Below, piece after piece: positions 53,281-64,000 of a DNA stretch of 64,000 nt. Each line of letters starts with the position of its first letter. Position 1 is the stretch's first letter. The position numbers and the translations under genes are program-made. The notes beneath the pieces were generated by a model. It had not been told where the DNA came from. It was given only the letters and a program-made list of their open reading frames with translations, and searched no databases. Source of the stretch: Octopus vulgaris (taxonomy: Eukaryota); the NCBI GenBank assembly GCA_951406725.2, contig OX597825.1, forward strand, positions 84,506,001-84,570,000, read 5' to 3'.

Positions 53281-53690
53281 GAGGGAATTGGAATGTACGT
53301 GTGTATGTGTACGTTGCGTGTTTATGTCTCGGTGTTTGTTTGTGTATCTGTGAGTGTGTTTATACGTTTGTTTGTGGGTTTGTGTGTATGTGTGTGTTTA
53401 TGAGGTGTTTATGCGTGTGTATCTATGTGTTTGTGTATTTATGTGTGTGTGCGCACTTATGTGTGTGTGCGCACTTATGTGAGTGTGTGTGAGGGGATTG
53501 GAATGTACGTGTGTATGTGTACGTTGCGTGTTTATGTCTCTGTGTTTGTTTGTGTATCTGTGAGTGTGTTTGTGTTTGTTTATGTGCTTGTGTGTATGTG
53601 TGTGTCTATGAGGTGTTTATGCGTGTGTGTGTGTATGTGTTTGTGCATTCATGTATGTGTGTGCGTTTATGTACGTGTGTGTGTGTGTGT
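53281..53690. repeat. Tandem duplication (period 210 bp) of a complex TG-rich unit
   Basis: gaggg(a/g)attggaatgtacgtgtgtatgtgtacgttgcgtgtttatgtctc starts at 53281 and 53491. Confidence 0.92.
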
Positions 53691-54494
53691 GAAAAAAAGA
53701 AGTATAACGAGAGGACAAGCTGACAGTTATGATGATAACATAATTCTTTATTTCCTTCATGACCCACACTTATAAAAATATCAGATATAATCCAGAATAT
53801 TCTACAGTTTATCCTTCGCTTATTCGACTGCAACGAATTCTGGGCCAAGACAAAAAAAAAAAAAAATTAGGAAAAAACAGAAATTTGAACAAACACTACT
53901 TTTTCAAAATATTTCGAAAATAAAAAACTAATTATTTTAAGTACATTCACGCGTATGTACATAACTACAGACAGACTGTCACACAGACAGGCAGGCAGTC
54001 TCTCTCTCTCTCTCACACACACATACACACACACACACGCATACCTTATATCCGTGCACACATGCAAGCACACAGGTGCTTAACCAAATACTGCTGTCTA
54101 CGTAAAGGATCGATATGGGAGTCTCCATGTTGTCGTTCGATCTGCGCAAAACAAACGTGAAATTTTCTTCTAATCAAACTGCAATTTCTTAAAACAATGG
54201 AAGGATTCGTTACATAATGCTGTCTGCACACACACACAGAGGTCATGGTCGGAATATCTTTGGCCGTGGGTCTTCTCAAATACGGCTGACTTCCTCATGG
54301 CGAGTAGAACAATTTGAAAATCTTCTTTGACAATTAAGAATCAGAAATATTCAATAACGTGCGATTGGTTGTATTGATTTCAGATGGAAAAGCAAAATTT
54401 TACTGTCTTACTCTTTCCTTTCCCAATAAAAAAAAATTATATTTATATTGTTTTGTTTTATATATTTTAATATTTGTAATATTCTTGACCTGAA

Positions 54495-54903
54495 GGACGG
54501 CGACGATCTGGTAGTTGTGTTAGCATGCTGGGCAAAAATTCTTAGCGATATTGCGTCCGTCCTTACGTTTTGAGTTCAAATTACACCAAGATTGACTTTG
54601 CCTTTCATCAAATTGCGTTCAATAAAATAAGTGCCAGTTAAATCCAGAGGTCGATGTAATCGAAATTGCTGGCATTGAGTCAATATTTTTGATCTGTGAT
54701 AGCAGGGAGAATCGTCAAACTCGCCGGGTAAAATCCTTAGCGTCATTTCGTCTGTCCTTTCGTTTTGAGTTCAAATTCCACCGAGGTCGACCTTGCCATT
54801 CATCAATCGGGGTCGATAAAGTAGTTGAATAATGAGGATCAATCCAACCGATTTACCCTCTTTCACGGAAAATGCTGGCTTTGTGCCAAAATATGAAATC
54901 AAT
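54495..54903 (+). mobile_element. Two head-to-tail SINE family A copies
   Basis: 54495-54685 and 54702-54903 each contain ttgagttcaaatt...gac(t/c)ttgcc(t/a)ttcatc. Confidence 0.82.
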
Positions 54904-55546
54904 ATTTTGTTCTGGAGGAAAAGTTTACGTCTACGAATTCTACAGTTTGGTGTTGTTCCTGAAAACAGCAAACTTCATGGGTGTATAAGGAGAAAACAGG
55001 CCCACACCCCTGGAGATATGGAGAGAATTTCACCGGATTGACGTTCTGTAATTATAGACTAGAGGATAGGTTATTAAGTAGCCGGTGGGAAAGGGTTAGA
55101 CTGAACCATGGCTGACAAATCTAAGAGAGTGGAGTAAGTTGTGAGAATGTTCGGAGAGGTGTGAGAGATGATCAGGTAGCTTCGATAAACAGCGACCCCT
55201 GGGGTAACTGTGAAAGTAGTAGAGTGAAGAGATGCCGGGGTAGATTATGTCCTAGCAAAAAAAGGTAAGAGTGACACGAAGGGAAAACAAAATTATTCAA
55301 TTCGATCAGAGGTGACCTGGTGCTAAATAAGAAGAACAACAACATGTGAATTATCAACAAGCGTATATAATACTGGATATCTATGGCATTTGGTACTTGC
55401 TTTTAGTATGAAAATCGCGAGTGGGGTCATTCAGAATGAAGAGTGTTTTTATTGGACACAGCTCGGTGGGAGACTGGTGAGAGGATTCTCAATGTCGGTA
55501 CGTCGTGAACAACAAACACATATCACAGAATATATGCCTTTCTCTT

Positions 55547-55621
<75 letters not shown>

Positions 55622-55789
55622 CGCTCTCTCTCTCACTCTCACTATCGCTATATCGCTCAGCCACTCTTTCCTTTATATATAGACATACACACACACGCAC
55701 GCACACACACACAATTGTATATATTAAGGCATATACATAGTGTATACACAGACGCACACACGCATATATATATATATATATGTGTGCAC

Positions 55790-55826
<37 letters not shown>

Positions 55827-56725
55827 CATGTATATTGTTATGTATTAGCATGCATACACACATGCATACATAAATACATACACGCACACATATATGTATG
55901 TATTTACATATGTATATATTTGTGAATGTGTGTGTGCGTATGTGTGCGTGTGTGTGTGTGTGTGTGCGTGTGTGTGTGTGTTTGTATGTATGAGAAATAA
56001 GAGTTTGACAAAATTTCTCACCCATAACAATGAAGAGCAGACTGTTGTAGCCATTAGGGGAATAACGATAAAACGGTATTCACTCATGTTTAGTGAACAG
56101 GAATAGGAAACGTCGACGTCGTCTGCCATAAAGCAGAATCAGAATCGATTGGAAAAATGCATAAAAAACAATCAAACAGAAATAATCTTCAGTTCTACGA
56201 CAAATATTTCTTCGGTGATGGAGTGTAACAAAGAGGACACACTCCAGGGGTGAATATCACAGATTTTACACAAGGTTACTCGCTTGATTATTTGCTTCGT
56301 TGCAAAAAAACAAAAAGTAAACCTCATGAAAAGAAATGTAGCAAGAACACGGATAATGCGAATAGTCATGCAGAAGATGATATGAGTTCCTGCAGACCTC
56401 TTTAATTATATAATCTTTGAACACATACACACGCACACACACAAACACACACAGACACACACAGACACACACACACACACATTAACACATACACGAATGC
56501 ACACACACATACATACACATAAGCGCGCACACACACGCACACCCACTTAAACACACATGCACTCGCATACATATGCACAGAAATAAAAAATTCAAAAATG
56601 TATTTTAGGTATAGGTAAATGTATGTATGTGTCCGTCTGTTTGTCGGTCTATCTATCTATCTTTCCCTCTCATTCCCTCTCCATCTCTCTTGTTCTCTCT
56701 CTCCACACACACACACACATATATA

Positions 56726-56764
<39 letters not shown>

Positions 56765-56912
56765 GAGTGTGTGTGTATATATATATTTATATATATATAT
56801 ATATATGTGTGCGTGTGAGTGTGAGAGAGAGAGAGAGAGAGAGAGAGTGTGTGTGTGTGTGTATATATATATATAGATAGATAGATAGATATAATGTATA
56901 TATGTATGTATA

Positions 56913-57010
56913 TACGGTGGGCTTCTTCAGTTTCCGTCTACCTCATCCAACTCACAAGACTTTGAACCTGGAATCATTGAGACTGGAAGCAAAGTTCTTT
57001 CCACGCAACC
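56913..57010 (-). mobile_element. SINE family B fragment
   Basis: gggcttcttcagtttccgtctacc...ctcacaag...gaacctggaatc. Confidence 0.7.
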
Positions 57011-57783
57011 GTATTATATGATAAATATTTGCACATGTCTGCACTAATAAGTATTACTGTCGAAAATCTCAAAACACTTACTAAATTCCACGCAGAAACA
57101 CACACGCACCCACACCCTCACACACGCATTTAATCTTTCTAATGAAGCCTTACAATTGGTAAAGATAAGAATTCCATGTTTGTTTTGGTTTTAGAATCGT
57201 CTCATTGTAAGCTGCCGTGCTGCAACACATATTTTTGTACTTTAGCAAGATCTTAGTGCCAAGGAGACGCATGCACTGGTTATCTTTCACTTCAGTTAAT
57301 AATTATATTAGCAATAGTCAATTAATTAATTGCTTTCACAAAGTCTTTTTTTTTTCCAGGCTGTGATCTCATCTAAGCCATTGTGACGATTGTTTCTCTT
57401 CTCCATGGCAACGCCCACTCATCGCTCTCAGGACAGATTATGGAGTCTACGTTCGTAGTGAAAGTGGGATAATATTTATTTAATATTTTTATGAAATAAA
57501 GACAACAACTTTTAAAGAGTTGCTATGCAGTGTGACAGGTACTGATAGATGCAGAATGACAGACAGACAGACAGAGATACAGAGATACAGAGAGAGAGAG
57601 AGAGAGGTTGTGAGAAAAAGAGTAATGCCTTCTAACATTAACTTAAATACACCAACGCTTATCTATCAACATCTTCTCTTCATTAAACAAATTGTATATG
57701 ACTTACATAAACAAACATCAATTAAAACTGAAACTATCGGTAAGCTTTTAATGTATGTCTGTATACGTACGCATTCATAGTAT

Positions 57784-57858
<75 letters not shown>

Positions 57859-59261
57859 TGTGTGTGTGTGTGTGTGTGTATTACATACACATACATACAT
57901 TCATAATACACACACACACACACACATTGATTGTATGATAAATCTGTCCGTTTCTTTCCAATGGTTGCGTTAACTTGAAAAATATTTTAATCGTTTTATC
58001 GTAATGTTTTACGGTTTTAGGTTTGTGGCTGCGTTCTTGATCTGTAACTTTAGTTTGTCGCATTTGAAACGTGAATGAATATTATCTGTTTTTAGACATG
58101 GAGAATAAGGATTAAAAATAAACGAAAATAAACGAACGAATTTATCTGACACCACAATGCAACCACCCACACACAATCATGTAGGAAACGGCAGCGGGAA
58201 TGCGAAGAAGAAAGAGAGCGATGGAGGGGTTTTAGAAGAAAGTGGAAGGAAGAGGAGTTTGGTGCAAAGACATATGAATGAAAAGAAAGATATAGTGACA
58301 CAAAGACACAAAGAAATCAAAGAGTGTCGAAAACACTTGAACATGGTGAAATGAATACCTCTGGCAACATTGGTAACGTCGGAATTATTGATATGGAAAT
58401 GATATGAATTTGAAAAATAAAACACAATATTCAAACAGTAAAAACAATAATATATGGGAAAAAGTGAAAACAATATGTTGACAAGCTAAAGACAAATTCC
58501 TTTGTTTCAAACGCTGAACGAAAAAACGTATTTCAACGAGAGCAATATAGAATTGCCACTCAAGATTAAATTTTCTTTAGAAACCATTATCTAAGAGATT
58601 CCTTGGAACAATGAAAGTATCAAAGACAAATATAAAAGGAAAAATGCAAAAAGAACAAAACAATCAAATCGTAAAGCAAACTGTAGATGATATAAAAATT
58701 GATATATTTAACCTGGAGAATAAGTGAAAATATAGAGCATGTGAGTAGCACAAATTATTTAAAATCTATATTAAATAAAGTATGTATAAGGTGTATTTGT
58801 ATAGTTAGAAACAGTGTAACTCGTTCATAAACACATATAATGTATAGTTAAGCATCTTTGGATACACATTTCTCTTTCTTCTCCTTTATAAATATATATA
58901 AAAAAGAGTGTGTCGTATGTGTGTATGAGCGCGTGTGTACTGGTATGCATATATTTTAAGAGAGATGCGGAGGGCGTGACAAATGAACAAAAGGTAGAGA
59001 CAAGGTTGACATTTTTTCACACTCCACTTCTCTGTTCCACGTGGTTTAACAATAATCATCATAAATCTGATAGAGTATTAAGCAGGATGTGGGTCACCGA
59101 AACTGGAACACAAAAGACATGAGCAGCATTTTAGGCTATATATAACATACGCGAGTTTCAGTAAGCCGGTTACTGAAATTACATAGACCGGTTATTCAAG
59201 TTCGAGTCACTTCGTCATCAGTATCAGCAAAACAATATATATTAACAAACATGTGTATGCA

Positions 59262-59319
<58 letters not shown>

Positions 59320-59323
<4 letters not shown>

Positions 59324-59490
59324 AAACAAAAGACGAAGACAGGTGTAGGAACAACAGGCAGGTGTATTAATTTGACGCTCGCAAAGGATGGAAAAGTCTT
59401 TTGTGTTTCGAGCCTGCGCTCTTCGACAGAAAGTATTCATAGGTAAATAAACGGAACGAGAAAAAATGTGCAGAATTCAATGGTCCAACA
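59320..59490 (-). mobile_element. Family P1 repeat with hammerhead-like motif
   Basis: Minus strand cttt-CTGTCGA-A-GAGC-gcag-GCTC-GAAACACA-aaag (59398-59433). Body colinear with 921-1110; (TA)n on both sides. Confidence 0.72.
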
Positions 59491-59496
59491 TTGCGA

Positions 59497-59586
<90 letters not shown>

Positions 59587-60496
59587 TACATATACACACA
59601 CACGTGTGTGTGTGTTCTACATTAGGATGGTCATACTGTGACAGAAGAATCAGCTCACTGGTTGTAGTTTGTTTTTATACTTAATTAATTTATTAATTAC
59701 TCAAACATTTAGTTGGTTTGTCAATACCGTCCCTCACTTCCCACAATTTTTGCAATGATTGCTCTCAGATTTTCTTCTTACCTCGGTTCTTTCTCCGGAT
59801 TAGATCCGCATCTTTTTTCCATGTACCTTTTGGATGTTTTAATGTTTTAATGTTTTTTTTTTTTGTTATTGAATTCTTTTCGACAAAATTTCGACAGAAG
59901 CAAGACGATTAGAATTGAAACACTTGTTCGATTTCAATAATCCAGTCTCGTCCTGCCATTCATTTTTGCAATTTTATTTTTGTTATCTATCTCTGCGTGG
60001 TATATCCTAGTTCCTCGAGCGCTGCGTATTACAAGATACAGTCTCTAGTTGAAAGATCAGATAAATTTGGGAACCAAAATAATCTGGAGATGGCTTACGC
60101 AGCCAAAAACTTTCGGAAGCCTTCCATAAGTTCACTTTCATTGAATAAAGACCAGGATGATTGAATGAAGATCGAGGTGAGTGAATTTATCGATTTCTCC
60201 AATGAACTCTCCTTTATTATTAGTTGTTTGGGTTTGTAAAGGCCAGAATAGCGAAACTTAGTAACCTAATAAGTAATAATATTTTGGCTGATTGCAACCT
60301 ACAATAAAAACTCAATACGTCTGTTATCTTACATATTACTCATTAGAAACTTTACGATTGCATTTCTCTTGGAATAATTACAATAATTAATCTATTTATA
60401 TTAATTATTTTATCGTATTTTCATTGGTTTTCCAACCATTAATTACTCTCTAACCCATATTCAGTTTCAATATTATTCTTTTATTCATTCAACTCC

Positions 60497-60628
<132 letters not shown>

Positions 60629-60731
60629 CGTGTGTGTATATAATATATGCACACGCATATGTATATATATATATATATATATATAATAAATTAATAACGC
60701 ACGCATCCATTTCTAAGTAAGATTGTTCTTG

Positions 60732-60766
<35 letters not shown>

Positions 60767-61019
60767 AATATATATATGCATATGTATGTGTATATATATG
60801 TGTGTTTGTATGTATATGTATATGTTTATATATATATATACTATATATTATTAAATACATATAATTATATAATATATAATGATGGAAGTATGTCCGAACT
60901 TTCGTGATCAATCATATTTTGTATCACAATTATCAGGAGTTTCAGTGAACGTATTGGGTAAATATTTCGAATCGTGTTGCCATAACTGACAGACGGAAAG
61001 TTTAGTGATTAAGAATGTT

Positions 61020-61865
61020 GGCAAAGAATCGATAAGAATTTTGGGGAAATATAAGATAGACAGGCGCACTCTTTACGACGTGTGATTTCTTCATTAACTT
61101 CACAGACTTGTGTGTGAAGTTAACAACTTGATATCTGATCCATTATATTAACTGTACTCCGCCTTTGTTATCAGCAAGATGTATGGATCCAAGTTTTATG
61201 ATAAGATGGCGATAATTGAAAGAACAAAACAATACCTGACGTCCTTATATTTCGACGTCTTCAAATGTAAAGCTGCTTTCAACATTCACTAGAGTATCAA
61301 GAAGTGTCGGTCTCGAATTAATGCCAATTACAAAGGCGTCAATCAACATTACCGCAGTGTTGCAGCTGCCGTGGATGGTGAAGTGAAAAGATTGGGTTGA
61401 AGTACAGATAAGTGTGATACAAGGGGTTATGTTATCCTCTCTAATCTTAATTACTTCAGGAAGTTGTCTTGAGAGCACTTACACAATTATATATAAAATT
61501 CTGCACTCAATAATGTCTTATCCGTTGTTATTAAGCTGACGGCACAAACTTCGTATCCACGACATTTGACGAAGTGAGAATATCTGCTTTACAAAGCGAA
61601 ACATACAAAATAATTCTCGAAAGCGCCTGAAGTAGAACATGTCGTATAGTTGGAAGTTTTCTTGAGTGGGATCAAATGATATGAAAAGTCGTGGCTCACG
61701 GACATGTAAGATGCTTGCATTAGGGAGACTAAGAAACATGACATTGAAACAAACGAGACAGCAGCCAGCGGCGATTCAAAGCTCAGCTGTATAATGAATC
61801 TATCGGTGGTAAAGTCTGAAAATAAATATCAGTTGGAAGAATTTGAAACATGGCGCCTGAGATTT
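61020..61865 (+). mobile_element. Ancient RTE-like LINE reverse-transcriptase fossil
   Basis: Degenerate RT motifs in the correct order: RCMD..F.IR / IIERTKQYLTSLYFDVFKCKAAFN (61212-61283); VDGEV..VEVQISVIQGVMLSSLI (compare GVRQGCVLSPLLF); LL.ADGT (compare YADD, 61535); LEEFETWRLR (61833). Confidence 0.6.
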
Positions 61866-62149
61866 ATATAATGTGTGTCATTGCGAGAAAGGCTTAAATG
61901 AGGAATTACAATTTACCAACTCATGTGTCCACTTCCTCATATAGAGAATTTAAACAATTTTATTCATTACAAGATTCATTACAATCTTATTCATTACATT
62001 ATTCATTATATTTTTATTTAAGCTTAAAACATTTTACAAAAAATTATGTAGAAACGTTTACTGAAAGACCAACTCTTTATATAACTGTATCCCAAATTAT
62101 GATATATTTTATATAACTATCTTAAACCATTTATTTGGAGTTCGAGCGA

Positions 62150-62400
62150 TAACTCACTTTCCATGTTATTACGCGTATGATAAGGAAAAGAATGAAGGAT
62201 ACAGCTGAGTGACAAGAAGACCTCAAAATATCTACGTTAATCACGGGTTCTGTCAAGGCTTCCCGAACCATAGACCGCGTGGTTAATCTAAAACCTGAAA
62301 TCCTCAGAAATGTGAGGTAAAGGATCCGCAATGTTACGATTTTAAGCAACAGCAGAGTGTCAAACCGAAGAATATGGTGGCGGTGAAGTTGATAGGTTGG
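62150..62400 (-). mobile_element. Ancient CR1/L2/Jockey-like RT fossil
   Basis: FDTLLLLKIVTLRI...RISGF..TRSMV..ALTEPVINVDI...VSFILFLII resembles AFD.V.H..LL.KL...GI...WI.SFL..R...V...S....IN.GVPQGS.LSP.LFLI. Confidence 0.4.
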
Positions 62401-62471
62401 AGCAGATATTCTCAGAAGACTGACCAGCAGAGAATGTACATAAATACATACATACGTATACATAACTACAT

Positions 62472-62512
<41 letters not shown>

Positions 62513-63300
62513 CACACATGTATCTGTGTATGTATGTGTATAAATATATATATATTTATACACACACAATACACGCATATATACACACAGACAGGCAGAC
62601 ACACACATATATACATTTAAACCTGTGTGAATAAAAAGATATGCAAATGTGTATACACAGGCATAGAAGATATTAGTTTCCTCATACGAATGGTTGTCAT
62701 GCATGCTAAGACTGGCTCTTTGGAAAGTGTGTGTGTATCTGTGTGGTCTGCAGTATAATGTATACACGTAGATTATCCCTGAATGCGCTCGATGTATCTG
62801 AGTTCAGACATCAGCTTCAGATAAAAGGAAAGCCACCATATTTCAGCATTGAAATGTTTCAGCATTGATCCATTCCCGCAGCCCATTAACCCTTTCCTAG
62901 CGTAAGGTGGCCGTAAATCTGTCATCGTTTTGTCTGTGTTACATAATGACATTGTCAATAACCGTGCTAGCAAGTACATTTCTAATTTAAACTCCTAACA
63001 GACATGAAAAGAAACCAGAATGGAAAATGTTATTTCATCTCGAAATCACGTTACATCACACCAGAATTAATCTACTCTTACAATGTGATTAGCGATCAAT
63101 CGATTGGTATTCGCCAAGTCTGATAAACTTAAGAAGAAAAATAAAAACGCCAGCCTTTGTGGAGGGCAGAAAGGAAAAAGCGAAAAAATCAAAAAGCAAA
63201 ACAGTAACCCAAAACATGATGATGAAGTGACTTTTGCAGTGAAGAAGGAATTGAAAAGAATTTCCCCGACATAACAAAGCGAATTTTCGTGCTACTTTAG

Positions 63301-63323
63301 CAATGATGACGATGATGATGATA

Positions 63324-63373
<50 letters not shown>

Positions 63374-63434
63374 ATCGATGATGATGATGATGATAATGAT
63401 GATATTATTATTATTAATAATAATAATAATAATG

Positions 63435-63532
<98 letters not shown>

Positions 63533-63607
63533 AAAAGAGCAACGAAAAACAGAATCCTCATCAATATCAACTGCAAAAACAACAACAATGAAAACAGCAA
63601 CAATAAC

Positions 63608-63639
<32 letters not shown>

Positions 63640-63650
63640 CAACAACAACA
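63301..63650. repeat. Compound (GAT)n/(TAA)n/(GAA)n/(CAA)n triplet repeats
   Basis: Directly visible. Confidence 0.97.
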
Positions 63651-63762
63651 GAAAGTTTTATATAGTTGAACGACTGCTGAAAACTTGTGGTTACCTAATT
63701 TCACAGGTAGTAACCTGCTACCTACGTAATTCCTACAAGGAATAAGACCAAACGCAAGCCAA

Positions 63763-63903
<141 letters not shown>

Positions 63904-63967
63904 CTTTTCCAATAGAGGCACGAGGCCTGAAATATGGAGGGGATAAGTCACCACCTTAACAACAGCA

Positions 63968-64000
63968 AGAAGAAGAAGAAGAAGAAGAAGAAGAAGAAGA
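63968..64000. repeat. (GAA)n microsatellite
   Basis: Directly visible. Confidence 0.95.

Noticed and set aside
57398-57411. RFX-like ttctccatggcaac
   Set aside because: Fails the 5' GT of the X-box consensus and is an isolated site.

Overview
Eukaryotic, AT-rich, non-coding DNA with extreme microsatellite density ((TA)n, (TACA)n, (TATC)n, (TTA)n, (CA)n). The repeat families look like those of an octopus or other coleoid cephalopod; this is an inference from recognising the SINEs, not from a search. I find no host protein-coding exon. Nearly all ORFs in the track are translations of microsatellites. The unique-looking stretches are mostly transposable-element debris: three tRNA-derived SINE families (about 20 copies), 3' ends of two R4/Dong-type retrotransposon families with different microsatellite tails, mariner pieces including a fold-back element made of two 5' halves, a complete non-autonomous Helitron, a long-TIR MITE, and old CR1/L2-like and RTE-like RT fossils. 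The most notable signal is a set of short repeats embedded in (TA)n tracts that carry minimal hammerhead-ribozyme-like motifs (CUGANGA-stem-GAAAC-GUH). They occur at least 7 times, twice as inverted pairs, and resemble Penelope-like pLTRs or retrozymes. Also notable are RFX X-box and nuclear-receptor sites retained in all three mariner 5' ends, and an 80-nt near-perfect palindrome followed by templated 18-bp repeats. Coordinates were read by eye and element boundaries are approximate.
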